From NCBI GenBank assembly GCA_041937175.2, contig CP166615.1, forward strand, positions 1,216,001 to 1,280,000: 64,000 bases of DNA. Direction: 5' to 3'. Numbering within the stretch: the first letter of the stretch is position 1; each line of letters opens with the position of its first letter. The DNA comes from Limnothrix sp. BL-A-16 (lineage in GTDB: Bacteria; Cyanobacteriota; Cyanobacteriia; CACIAM-69d). Positions 31,989 through 41,847 of the stretch are shown here, piece after piece. A program made the position numbers and the translations under genes. Below the pieces are notes generated by a model. It had not been told where the DNA came from and made no database searches. It was given only the letters and a program-made list of their open reading frames with translations.

Positions 31989-33218
31989 ATGATTCAAGCC
32001 TTAAGTTTTTTTTCAGGTTGTATGGGTCTTGATTTAGGTCTCGAAAAAGCGGGCATTGAAGTATTACTCGCATCCGAGATCGATCCAGCAGCTCGGAAAA
32101 CCATTCAGCTAAACCGTCCCCACCTGCCCCTATTGGGCGACGTGAGAGATTACACAGCCTCAGAAGTTCGATCCCTAGCCAATCTAAAAACTAATCAGGA
32201 TCTGGATTTGGTTGTGGGTGGGCCACCTTGCCAAGCTTTTAGTAGTGCTGGAAAGCGCCAAAGCTTTAATGATGATCGCGGCAATGTCTTTTTGTTATTT
32301 ATCGACTTGGTACTTGAATTAAATCCTCGTTTTTTCGTCCTAGAAAATGTTCGAGGATTACTATCAGCCACCCTTCAGCATCGGCCCATGCACCTGCGTG
32401 GCAAAGATGCACCACCCCTGAAACCAGAAGAAAAACGCGGTAGTGCCCTAGTGCATATCATTCAAAAAATTAAAGCTGCTGGCTACAGTGTTTCGTTCAA
32501 TCTATACAATGCTGCAAATTTCGGATCACCTCAGCAACGCGAGCGAGTAGTGATCGCTTGCAGTCGTGATGGCCAGAAATTGCCCTATTTAACACCAACA
32601 CATTCTGAAACAGGCCTGCACAATTTGCCGTACTGGCGGACGCTAAAAGATGCCTTAGCGGGCTTACCCACTGAAGGGCATGAATTTGTGAAATTTCCTG
32701 AAAAGCGCTTGAAATATTATCGCCTGCTCAAAGCCGGACAATATTGGCGAGATTTGCCACCAGAATTACATGCAGAGGCCCTGGGCGGTTCCTATCAAGC
32801 AGTGGGTGGAAAAACAGGTTTTTATCGCCGTCTAGCCTGGGATAAACCATCACCAACGATCGTGACTCATCCAGCGATGCCCGCTACCGACTTGGCGCAT
32901 CCCGAGGAAGATCGCCCTTTGAGTGTTCAGGAATATAAACGCTTACAGGAATTTCCCGATGATTGGGTGATTGCTGGTGGATTGCTCGATCGCTATCGTC
33001 AAATTGGTAATGCGGTTCCCTGTTCACTAGGGAAGGCGATCGGGCAAATGTTGCTTGATTATCTCGATGGTCAAACTGAAACCCAATATCCTGATTTTCC
33101 CTACTCCCGTTACTCCAAAACCGATGATGTAAGTTGGCTCAATAGTGTTGAAGTAGCAACTGAACAACAACACGACTTAGATCAAAGCCCATCAAGAACG
33201 ATTGCGAAATCTATATAG
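31989..33218 (+). CDS. DNA (cytosine-5) methyltransferase, M.SinI/M.AvaII-like (GGWCC predicted)
   Basis: [33 protein letters not shown]; variable region [33 protein letters not shown] resembles M.SinI as recalled. Confidence 0.9.
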   Translation: MIQALSFFSGCMGLDLGLEKAGIEVLLASEIDPAARKTIQLNRPHLPLLGDVRDYTASEVRSLANLKTNQDLDLVVGGPPCQAFSSAGKRQSFNDDRGNVFLLFIDLVLELNPRFFVLENVRGLLSATLQHRPMHLRGKDAPPLKPEEKRGSALVHIIQKIKAAGYSVSFNLYNAANFGSPQQRERVVIACSRDGQKLPYLTPTHSETGLHNLPYWRTLKDALAGLPTEGHEFVKFPEKRLKYYRLLKAGQYWRDLPPELHAEALGGSYQAVGGKTGFYRRLAWDKPSPTIVTHPAMPATDLAHPEEDRPLSVQEYKRLQEFPDDWVIAGGLLDRYRQIGNAVPCSLGKAIGQMLLDYLDGQTETQYPDFPYSRYSKTDDVSWLNSVEVATEQQHDLDQSPSRTIAKSI

Positions 33219-34259
33219 ATAGCGTTTTGGAAAACAATAAATTTCATAATTGATTTCAACGCAGTCTAGCAGGTAGCGATCTAAATCAGCCACACTTCTT
33301 GGATCTTCTCGACTGGATAGGTTTTTGAGGTCTAAACGCAGATGCTCAGGGTCATAGAAATAGACTTCTTGATCAAGATTTGCTTGATGTATCTCTTGAG
33401 AATCAACCCTAGAAGACAAGTCATAAAGTTCTCTAAGTTTGACTTTTTCTGGTTTATGACGATGGCAATAGATAACGATTTCTTGAAGAAACTTATAATC
33501 ATCTTTAGTTATATAATCGTTCTTCCGAACTATAAGGTCTTCGATTCTGACAGGCTGATCAATATATCTAGAAGCTGAAAACGGACTTAAAGATTTGAGA
33601 TTTAAGCTATCAAAAAGGAATGAGTAAAACTGAAATAGGGAATCTTTCCCAAAGTGAAATGCAACTGGTCTGGTATCTCTGTCAAATTGTTCAGTTTCAA
33701 ATACTGTTTCCAAGCCTTTCTTTTGGAAAATAATCCCTTCGTTCAGCACTACCACAAGATTAGGCCACTCTGATGGTGCGTGACTATCTTGAAACTCTCT
33801 TAAATTCTTCTCTAGTGAATTGAGAGAATTTCTAGATAATGAGTATGCAAAAATAATTCCAAAAGGAAAGGAACACCTCTCAGGAACCAGATCTCTTAAA
33901 GATTTAATTTTCTTGAGGCCATCCTGAAGCTGTTTTTTGGATAATTTCGATTTAACTTCAATAGAGCCGTATATTCCCTCAATCGGTAAAATCTGACAGC
34001 TTCTACTTTTAATCCACACTGGACACAGGTTTTTGTCGTAGATGATTAAGTCTAGTTGGTTAGATTGGTCAGTGTTAAGAGTAGTAACTACAACTCCAGA
34101 TGTAATTCCATACTTTTTAGGCAATCTTCCATCTGCCAGAAAGTTGTGCAGTGCATCTTCACGTAGTGATCCTTTGACACCGCCATGATTGATCCAAGCT
34201 GAAATATCAAATTCTTTGAGCATTTGCTCAGAAATACTTTTAAATAGGCTTTCAATCAT
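33192..34259 (-). CDS. DUF6602/NucC-like PD-(D/E)xK nuclease with C-terminal extension
   Basis: [39 protein letters not shown]; low GC, no HIP1 seen. Confidence 0.75.
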   Translation of the reverse strand: MIESLFKSISEQMLKEFDISAWINHGGVKGSLREDALHNFLADGRLPKKYGITSGVVVTTLNTDQSNQLDLIIYDKNLCPVWIKSRSCQILPIEGIYGSIEVKSKLSKKQLQDGLKKIKSLRDLVPERCSFPFGIIFAYSLSRNSLNSLEKNLREFQDSHAPSEWPNLVVVLNEGIIFQKKGLETVFETEQFDRDTRPVAFHFGKDSLFQFYSFLFDSLNLKSLSPFSASRYIDQPVRIEDLIVRKNDYITKDDYKFLQEIVIYCHRHKPEKVKLRELYDLSSRVDSQEIHQANLDQEVYFYDPEHLRLDLKNLSSREDPRSVADLDRYLLDCVEINYEIYCFPKRYLYRFRNRS

Positions 34260-34293
34260 AGTTTTTTACTTAGTACTGTAGTGACTAGCTGAA

Positions 34294-34336
34294 ATATGGC
34301 ACTAGCAAGCGAGCTTTATTCGTGCTAGTGCCATAT
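34294..34336. terminator. 14-bp perfect stem-loop after ileS (terminator or minimal TIR relic)
   Basis: atatggcactagca ... tgctagtgccatat. Confidence 0.55.
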
Positions 34337-34344
34337 CGGAATGA

Positions 34345-37248
34345 TTAGAACGTGCCAGCCAGAGCTGAAACGCACCGATCGCACGCTAAAGGATGTTCCT
34401 CGATCGTGCCGACCGAGGGCGAATAGTTCCAGCAGCGATCGCACTTGTGACCGTCGGCATCCACCACGCCCACGCCCAGCGGCTCCGATTCAAAACGGTA
34501 TTTCAAGCCCTGGAGCCGATCGACCCCATCGAGCAATTCCACCTGGGAGGTGATGAATAAATAGCGCAATTCATCGACCCCATTGGTGTCATCGCCCAGG
34601 GATGAAACCGGGTTGAATTTTGACAGTTGATCGCGCAGGGAATCATCGGCCACATAGAGCAGCAACTTGGCTTCTAGGCTGGCCCCGATCGCCCCATCCT
34701 TGCGGGCTGCTTCCAAGACCTTGTTGGCTTCCATGCGGATTTGGCGCAAGCTCTGCCACTTTTCCGCGAGGGCCGGTTGCGACCAGGCGGGATCGATCGC
34801 CGTCCAACCGGCTTGGAACACCGATGGATGGGATTTGGTGTAGGGAATCGCTTGCCAGATGTCTTCGGCCATGTGGCAGAGCACCGGGGCGATCGCCTTG
34901 GCCAGGTTTTCTAGGGCGATCGCCAACACCGTTTGACAACTGCGACGACGAACAGCGGCTGGCGCACTGATATAGAGCCGATCTTTGGCGATATCTAGAT
35001 AGAAATTCGACAGATCCACCGTGCAGAAATTTTGCACCGTTTGGAAGAACTTGAAGAATTGGAAACTGTCGAAGGCTTCCGTAATGTCGCCAAACACTTC
35101 CGAGATTCGATGCAGCAAATAGCGATCGAGTTCCGGCAGTTGATCGTAGGGAACCGCATCGGTGGTCGGGTCGAAATCGTGCAGGTTTCCTAACAGGAAT
35201 CGCGCCGTATTGCGGATTTTGCGGTAAACATCGGCCATCTGTTTCAGGATCGTTTTCCCGATCGGCACATCGGAGGAATAGTCCACCGACGAGACCCACA
35301 ACCGCAGCACATCCGCACCGTAGGGCGGGTTTTGTTTTTGATCCTTGCCGCCGTTGATGATTTCCAACGGATCGATGATGTTGCCCAGGGATTTGCTCAT
35401 TTTGCGGCCCTGTTCATCGAGCGTAAACCCGTGGGTTAACACGGTTTTATAGGGCGCATGGCCGGAGTTGGCGACGCTGGTGAGCAGGCTCGATTGGAAC
35501 CAACCCCGGTGTTGGTCGGAGCCTTCTAAATAGATGTCGGCGGGATAGCTGAGGCCGCGCTGTTTGACCACCGCCGCCCAGGAGGAACCGGAGTCGAACC
35601 ACACATCCATCGTGTCCGTGCCTTTGCGGTAGGTGCGACCGTTGCTGCGGTAGGGTTCCGGCAACAGGTCGGCGATGGGCAGTTCCCACCAGGCATCGGA
35701 GCCGCGATCGCGGAAAATGTCGCGCAGATGGGCGATCGTCTCGGCGTTCATCAGCACCTCGCCGGTTTCCGCATCGAAAAACGCCGGAATTGGCACGCCC
35801 CAACTGCGCTGGCGGGAAATGCACCAGTCCGATCGCTCGCCCACCATCGACTCAATCCGGTTTTGGCCCGTAGCCGGAATCCAGCGCACCTCCCCGATCG
35901 CCGCCATCGCCGCCTCGCGGAAGCCATCCACCGACGCGAACCACTGCTCCGTGGCCCGGAAAATTGTCGGCTTCTTGGTGCGCCAATCGTAGGGATATTT
36001 GTGAGCGTAGGGTTCCCGCTTCAGCAGCGATCCCGCCTCGGTCAGGGCGGTGATCACCGCGTCGTTGGCATCCTTCAGCACGTTTAACCCGGCAAAGGGG
36101 CCGGCTTCCTCGGTGAAATTGCCCCGATCGTCCACGGGCGACAACACGCCTAACCCGTACTTTTGCCCGGTGATGAAGTCCTCTTGACCATGGCCGGGAG
36201 CCGTGTGCACCAGCCCTGTACCCGATTCCGTGGTGATGTATTCGCCACCGATCACCACGGGGGAGGTGCGATCGAACAGGGGATGCTGGTATTGGCAATG
36301 CTCCAGCACCGCGCCCTTGAAGGTGGCCCGCACCGTCAGGGCCGCCCCAAAGGTGGCCGCCAGCGACTCCGCCAAATCCTTGGCCACCACCAGATAGCGC
36401 GGCAGGCCCGCCAGTTCCCCGGCTGTGTCCACCACCGCGTAATCCAGCGCCCCATTCACGGCCACGGCCAAGTTGCCGGGAATCGTCCAAGGGGTCGTGG
36501 TCCAAATCGCCACGCCCAAATCGGTCGCAAACTCAGCCAGCACCGGTTGGGCCGCCGCGCTCAGTTCCGTCACCCGAAAGGCCGCGTAGATCGACTGGGA
36601 AATGTGCCCCTCGGGATATTCCAACTCCGCTTCTGCCAAGGCCGTTTGGGAACTGGGACTCCAATGGACGGGCTTTAGGCCGCGATAGATGTAGCCCTTG
36701 GTGAACATTTCGCCAAAGACTTCCAGTTGCGCCGCTTCGTATTCGGGCTTCAGGGTCAGGTACGGATCATCCCAATCGCCCCACACGCCCAGGCGCATGA
36801 ATTGGGTCTTTTGGACTTCGACTTGTTCGAGGGCGTAGGCTTTGGCTTTTTGGCGCAGGGCGATCGGGGTGAGGCCGGCGCGTTCGTCTTTGCCCAGGGA
36901 TTGCAGCACTTTCAGTTCGATCGGCAGGCCGTGGCAGTCCCAACCGGGAATGTAGCGCCCTTTGCGGCCGCGCAGCAGTTGGTAGCGATTGATGATGTCC
37001 TTCAGGGTTTTGTTCAGGGCGTGGCCCATGTGCAGCGTGCCGTTGGCGTAGGGCGGCCCGTCGTGCAGGGTGAAGGGTTCGCCGGGGTTGCCCTCTGCCA
37101 AGGTTTCGTAAATGTTGGCTTCTGCCCAAAAGGCCTGAATTTCCGGTTCGCGCTTGCTGGCGTTGGCCCGCATGTCGAAGGCGGTCTGGGGCAGGTTAAC
37201 GGTGTCCTTATATTGGCTTTCGGCCTTGGCAGTTTTGTCGGCAGTCAC
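34345..37248 (-). CDS. ileS: Isoleucine--tRNA ligase
   Basis: DGPPYANG, HMGH, WTTTPWT, GSDQHRGWF, KMSKS, C-terminal Zn finger. Confidence 0.98.
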   Translation of the reverse strand: MTADKTAKAESQYKDTVNLPQTAFDMRANASKREPEIQAFWAEANIYETLAEGNPGEPFTLHDGPPYANGTLHMGHALNKTLKDIINRYQLLRGRKGRYIPGWDCHGLPIELKVLQSLGKDERAGLTPIALRQKAKAYALEQVEVQKTQFMRLGVWGDWDDPYLTLKPEYEAAQLEVFGEMFTKGYIYRGLKPVHWSPSSQTALAEAELEYPEGHISQSIYAAFRVTELSAAAQPVLAEFATDLGVAIWTTTPWTIPGNLAVAVNGALDYAVVDTAGELAGLPRYLVVAKDLAESLAATFGAALTVRATFKGAVLEHCQYQHPLFDRTSPVVIGGEYITTESGTGLVHTAPGHGQEDFITGQKYGLGVLSPVDDRGNFTEEAGPFAGLNVLKDANDAVITALTEAGSLLKREPYAHKYPYDWRTKKPTIFRATEQWFASVDGFREAAMAAIGEVRWIPATGQNRIESMVGERSDWCISRQRSWGVPIPAFFDAETGEVLMNAETIAHLRDIFRDRGSDAWWELPIADLLPEPYRSNGRTYRKGTDTMDVWFDSGSSWAAVVKQRGLSYPADIYLEGSDQHRGWFQSSLLTSVANSGHAPYKTVLTHGFTLDEQGRKMSKSLGNIIDPLEIINGGKDQKQNPPYGADVLRLWVSSVDYSSDVPIGKTILKQMADVYRKIRNTARFLLGNLHDFDPTTDAVPYDQLPELDRYLLHRISEVFGDITEAFDSFQFFKFFQTVQNFCTVDLSNFYLDIAKDRLYISAPAAVRRRSCQTVLAIALENLAKAIAPVLCHMAEDIWQAIPYTKSHPSVFQAGWTAIDPAWSQPALAEKWQSLRQIRMEANKVLEAARKDGAIGASLEAKLLLYVADDSLRDQLSKFNPVSSLGDDTNGVDELRYLFITSQVELLDGVDRLQGLKYRFESEPLGVGVVDADGHKCDRCWNYSPSVGTIEEHPLACDRCVSALAGTF

Positions 37249-37320
37249 GGCGGTGTCGCTTGCGTCATCAAAGGGTTGCAGTCCCTAAGATTCTACCGGC
37301 TGACGGCCGGGCTGGTGGGG

Positions 37321-38583
37321 CTAAACAGTTGGTTCTGATAGCTTTAGGCCGTGAAGCCAGTTAGCCAATTCTTCTCGTGATGCAAAATCATCCATCCTGA
37401 TAAGACAGCGCTCAATCACGGCCACAACTACCCGAACCAAGAAGTACAAGTCTGAATCTGTAATGTCTTTTAAAGCTCTAGTTCCGCCATGAGCAATGTT
37501 GCTTCGCTTTGAATAAAGGTCTTTCATTTGTCTGGCAATTTGTTCATGAGAGGATATTTGATCAGACAATATTGAAACAACGGAATCTGCAATATTTTCT
37601 CGAATGGTTTTTCCTTCTACTGGCTTAAATAAGGATTCCAGAGCAATGACCAAACACAGTAGAATATTGTCTTTCCTGTCCTGTTTAGAAGACATTGAAA
37701 GCCAGTGAATACTTTTAAAGATGGCTTCTTTGAACTCACTCATATCTTCCCTTGAAGAATAATCAGCCAACTTGAAGATACCCACTTTTTGCATAACATC
37801 CAAAACATTTTCATCGATCTCAAAACGATTCAATCCAACAAGCTCACCCTTTGTCAAATATTTTTTCTCTGAGAAAATAAAAGATCTTCGCAACGCTCCT
37901 GGGTAATCACCTCTAAGTCCAATTCTTGTATCATTATCTCTTTTAAAGAATTTGTGGGTATATCTGAGTAGATCAATAGCTCTTCGAGCTTCCTCCTTAG
38001 CTATTTCATAAGCTTGATCATGCTCTCCAATCACAGAAACGATAGCTATAGAGCCACCCCTGAATTCTTGATCAAGATTATTTTTGAAATTCTCTAATTT
38101 AAGTTCATAATTGCATTCAATTTTTTGACTCTTTTCAAGGTAAGGTCTGGCTTTTTCCTGTATAAAGGTCAAAGAGTAATCATCACCTGGGGTGAACTTT
38201 ACATTTCCCAATGTGAAACACTGGTTCAAAATCAGCCCATCCACAGCGAGATATATCTCCTGAGAATCCTGGAAATCAGCAAGCTCTCTATCTAGTAATT
38301 GAAGATCGTTTTCAAAGTCCAAATCTTCATTTTCAAACGACCTAACAATGATTTTTCTGAGTTTTTTGCTTATGAATTTCTTAGAGAACCGGTTTGCATA
38401 GGGTTTGTGATCGAAAATGCCTTGAATTTGCTTGTTGAGTCTTATTACATATTCACGACTCAGACCATATGAAAAATCATCATGGCTGTAGAAATTTAGT
38501 GCGTCACTGGAACCAGGATCAGTAACATTCTGAGCAATTTCTCTTAATTCTTGAGCTATTTTCTTGATTTGATCTGCGTTCAT
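37321..38583 (-). CDS. HEPN-domain protein (ApeA-like C-terminus)
   Basis: LVIALESLF ... LYSKRSNIAHG (R-x4-H); low GC, no HIP1 seen. Confidence 0.78.
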   Translation of the reverse strand: MNADQIKKIAQELREIAQNVTDPGSSDALNFYSHDDFSYGLSREYVIRLNKQIQGIFDHKPYANRFSKKFISKKLRKIIVRSFENEDLDFENDLQLLDRELADFQDSQEIYLAVDGLILNQCFTLGNVKFTPGDDYSLTFIQEKARPYLEKSQKIECNYELKLENFKNNLDQEFRGGSIAIVSVIGEHDQAYEIAKEEARRAIDLLRYTHKFFKRDNDTRIGLRGDYPGALRRSFIFSEKKYLTKGELVGLNRFEIDENVLDVMQKVGIFKLADYSSREDMSEFKEAIFKSIHWLSMSSKQDRKDNILLCLVIALESLFKPVEGKTIRENIADSVVSILSDQISSHEQIARQMKDLYSKRSNIAHGGTRALKDITDSDLYFLVRVVVAVIERCLIRMDDFASREELANWLHGLKLSEPTV

Positions 38584-38622
38584 GACAATAGAGCCTTATA
38601 GTTGAACTTTGGTTTTACTATA

Positions 38623-39231
38623 TCATTCGCCAGGGAAGTTTACCCGTCGGTAGATTTCAGTTAGCGGAATCGAGAGTTGCAGATTGTTTAACCAGAGAGC
38701 GGCGTTGATTTCTCCGTAGCTGGTGAACGTCCAAGCCGCCGCATCCGTTTTGCAATAGTGCTCGATGTAGGGTTCCTCAGCACTAATCAACAAATAATCT
38801 TGGAAGCTGGGGAGCGATCGATATTTGCGGAATTTTTCGCCCCGATCGCCCCGTTCCGTCGAAGGCGACAACACCTCCACAATCAAACTAGGATTCAGAA
38901 TTTCATCATTGCGATCACCGTGAAATTCTGGCTCCCCCAGCACCACCATCCCATCCGTATAAGTGCAGCAACGATAGTCAGGAATCCAAACCCGCAAATC
39001 GCTGTTATACACCTGCCAATCCGTATCCCGCAGCGCAAAATGCAGAAACGCCACCAGGTTCACCGCAATTTTGCTATGCGCCTCTGATCCACCCGCGATC
39101 GCCCCTCGAATTCCATCGTGATAGTCATGCCGTTGCTCGGCGATCGCTTCCTGCTGCCAATAATCAGCCAAAGACAGGCGATCGCCCCTCGACGGCGGCA
39201 AACTTGGAGCGGATGGGGTTGACGCAACCAT
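38623..39231 (-). CDS. Uma2/DUF820-family endonuclease
   Basis: NPSLIVEVLSPSTERGDRGEKFRKYRSLPSFQDYLLI. Confidence 0.9.
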   Translation of the reverse strand: MVASTPSAPSLPPSRGDRLSLADYWQQEAIAEQRHDYHDGIRGAIAGGSEAHSKIAVNLVAFLHFALRDTDWQVYNSDLRVWIPDYRCCTYTDGMVVLGEPEFHGDRNDEILNPSLIVEVLSPSTERGDRGEKFRKYRSLPSFQDYLLISAEEPYIEHYCKTDAAAWTFTSYGEINAALWLNNLQLSIPLTEIYRRVNFPGE

Positions 39232-39307
39232 AGCGAAACCTGAGGGAAACGGGAACTTTAGGTTAATGCTTAGCTTAGCAAGGCGATCAAGAGGCTGCGG
39301 GTCGGTG

Positions 39308-39931
39308 CTATTGATTGCCGAGATTGCGCAGAATTTGCGTTGCGATCGCCAATTCATCCAGGGAAGTTAGGGGCGAAAAAAGTCGCGAAAGATCGTAACA
39401 ACGACGCGGTTGCTGTTGCAATTTTACAAAAAACATTTCATCCTCATTGGTGACAAAACCAAAACTGGGGCGATCGGGATCAGGATTCGCTGCCAAATAA
39501 GCCAATGATTGAGGCAAAGCTGTCCACACTGAAAGAGCCGTTTTTTTGGACTCAATCACCACGATCCAGAGACGATCGCGCAAGACCAACACATCCAAAC
39601 GACTTTGCAGGATTTCATCCCCATCCCCGATCGCCAATTCCACCGAGGGTTCCGCACAAATTTGAAACGGCGGATCGTAAAAACCCGCGATCGCCAGCAG
39701 GGGCGAAGTCAGCAACAGATTCACCGTTCCTTCCAAAAGTTGCCCAGCCGATCGCTGATAGAGATATCGTCGTCGCAATTGTGCCAAGGCCACGCGATCG
39801 CCCTCCGACAATGGCGGTAAACAATCGCGCCATTCCGTGAAGAAATCGCCGCCCTCTTCCCAACGCGCCAGTGCCAGGGCTTGTTCTGCAACCGCCAGAC
39901 TTGTGATGGCATCAGTAACCGCGATCGACAT
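39308..39931 (-). CDS. Restriction-endonuclease-like PD-(D/E)xK protein
   Basis: RLDVLVL...VIESKK, LPQSLAY, FGFVTN. Confidence 0.78.
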   Translation of the reverse strand: MSIAVTDAITSLAVAEQALALARWEEGGDFFTEWRDCLPPLSEGDRVALAQLRRRYLYQRSAGQLLEGTVNLLLTSPLLAIAGFYDPPFQICAEPSVELAIGDGDEILQSRLDVLVLRDRLWIVVIESKKTALSVWTALPQSLAYLAANPDPDRPSFGFVTNEDEMFFVKLQQQPRRCYDLSRLFSPLTSLDELAIATQILRNLGNQ

Positions 39932-40072
39932 GAAAGCAACCGTTAGAAATTGTTAGCATTGCAGCGCTGTTCTGGTAACCGAAGCCGATCGCCTAGATTT
40001 GGCTGAATTCCATGGGCGATCACTGGATGAATTGTCCCAATTACTAACCGTTAGGAGTTGACCGTAAGCTAA

Positions 40073-40438
40073 CTAGTATCCCAAAGCGGCTTGAATTTTT
40101 TGCTTCAGCGTCTCGGCATTAAAGGGCTTGACAATGTAGTTGCTCACACCGGCTTCCTTGGCAGCAATCACACTTTCCGTTTTGGATTCCGCCGTTACGA
40201 TAATGAAAGGAGTGGTGCTTAGCTTGCTGTTAGCTCGCACTTCTTTTAACAATTGCAGCCCTGTCATTGGCTCCATGCTCCAATCCGCAATAATCAGCCC
40301 AAACTTGCTCTCCCGCAACTTCTGAAGGGCGCTAACACCATCACCCGCTTCTTCAACATCGTCATAACCAATCTGCCTCAGCAAATTCTTGATGATTCGG
40401 CGCATGGTGGAATAGTCATCAACGACTAGAACTTTCAT
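40073..40438 (-). CDS. cheY: Single-domain response regulator, proteobacterial CheY-like
   Basis: VVDDYSTMRRII, DWSMEPMTG, VTAESK, YIVKPF; AGGAG RBS. Confidence 0.85.
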   Translation of the reverse strand: MKVLVVDDYSTMRRIIKNLLRQIGYDDVEEAGDGVSALQKLRESKFGLIIADWSMEPMTGLQLLKEVRANSKLSTTPFIIVTAESKTESVIAAKEAGVSNYIVKPFNAETLKQKIQAALGY

Positions 40439-40655
40439 CTTCTGTTGCTCCTATGGGTGAAGAGACGGTGAGCCATCAGGTCTGTGCTTGGGCGAAGGAT
40501 GTAGCGCTTGGCAAATTTGACTGTGATGGCCGCAACAATGAATGAATCTTAATAGATTGGATTGGTTAATGCGGCTAAAAACATCGGGACTCAAGATTAG
40601 TTTATGTTTTTTAATTTTTTGGATATCAATCTTTTAGATTTCAACCTTTTAGATT

Positions 40656-41093
40656 TCAATCTTTTGGCTGAATTGTTTCTGAATTCGCCGCTTCCAAGTT
40701 GGCTAAATTAACTGGTTCAATGTCCTTGGTTTCGATCGCCTCTGCGGAGATCGACTGGTTACCCGATCGCTGATATTTGGCCCAGAGGGGATGGGGCCGG
40801 CCGGCCATTGCATCGGAGTCGATCGCGCCGGGGCCCAGGGCCGCCCGCCAAGACCAGGTTTCCGGCAAGGGGTCATATCCTCCCGGTTGGAAGGGATGGC
40901 AGCGCAGGATGCGGGCCAAGGCTAGCAGGCCGCCGCACCCGAGGCCAAACCGCTGAATCGCCCCGATCGCGTAGTGAGAGCAGGTGGGGTAATAGCGACA
41001 GTTGGGGCCCAACAGGGGCGACAGCAGGACTTGGTAAAGGCGCACCAGCCCGATCGCCAGTCGGTCAGGGAGCGATCGCAACAGGGAAATCAT
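40656..41093 (-). CDS. yidD: Membrane protein insertion efficiency factor
   Basis: [25 protein letters not shown]. Confidence 0.92.
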   Translation of the reverse strand: MISLLRSLPDRLAIGLVRLYQVLLSPLLGPNCRYYPTCSHYAIGAIQRFGLGCGGLLALARILRCHPFQPGGYDPLPETWSWRAALGPGAIDSDAMAGRPHPLWAKYQRSGNQSISAEAIETKDIEPVNLANLEAANSETIQPKD

Positions 41094-41252
41094 GTCTCAT
41101 CCTCCCGACCAATCAAGATCCAAAAGCCCGTTTAGCGAATTCGTTCAGCTAGCCCATTTCACTACTCTATTTCAGTTTACGGTTTAGGGTTCCGCGAGCC
41201 ATCCATATGGGCAGAAATTCACAGAATCAACCATCTCAATTCTGGTTTTTCC

Positions 41253-41448
41253 GAGAATCCTTGAGCAGTATTTTAGGCATAGGGCAAGCAATAATCGTTG
41301 CCGGGGCAAGGGGCTTAAGCCCCTTGTCTTCGCAGTATTTTAGGCATAGGGCAATCAATAATCGTTGCCGGAGCAAGGGGCTTAAGCCCCTTGTCTTCAT
41401 GGTTGGTGAAACCTGTTTGGTAGCTGTTTCGGCTTTTGAGATATCCTC
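41253..41448. mobile_element. MITE family A, diverged copy with 67-bp internal duplication
   Basis: Right end GGCTTTTGAGATATCCTC, degenerate left end; palindromes at 41308 and 41375. Confidence 0.7.
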
Positions 41449-41460
41449 TCAGGCGTGTTC

Positions 41461-41730
41461 TTAGAAGGCTTGAATCCATTCTTTGATTTCGTATTCTGTC
41501 CAAATACCGTTTTCCCAATAGGGATCGGCTTCGATGAGCTGACGAATGGTTTCTTCGCTGTCTGCTTCATAGATGCCAAATACTTTGCTGTTGTCTTTGG
41601 TGGGGCCCAGGGTGATTAAAATGCCTTCTGCTTTTTGCTTGCCTAAACCGTCTAGGTGCGCTTGTCGATAGGGAGTGCGTTTTTCGAGGGCATCTTCGCA
41701 GTAGCTGCCAAACAAAATGTATTTAGCCAT
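41461..41730 (-). CDS. YciI family protein
   Basis: RTPYRQAHL, TLGPT, ADPYW. Confidence 0.88.
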   Translation of the reverse strand: MAKYILFGSYCEDALEKRTPYRQAHLDGLGKQKAEGILITLGPTKDNSKVFGIYEADSEETIRQLIEADPYWENGIWTEYEIKEWIQAF

Positions 41731-41802
41731 AGTTCAAGGGTTGCGATGAATTAGGGGTTTTGGGGTTGCCCATTGCATGGGAAAGCAAAAGCAAGCATGA
41801 AA

Positions 41803-41836
41803 GCGGTGGCTGAACGTGGCTCCTTTCAGCCACCGC
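41803..41836 (-). terminator. Stem-loop after carotenoid oxygenase gene
   Basis: gcggtggctgaa ... ttcagccaccgc. Confidence 0.6.
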
Positions 41837-41847
41837 CTTCAGGCAAC

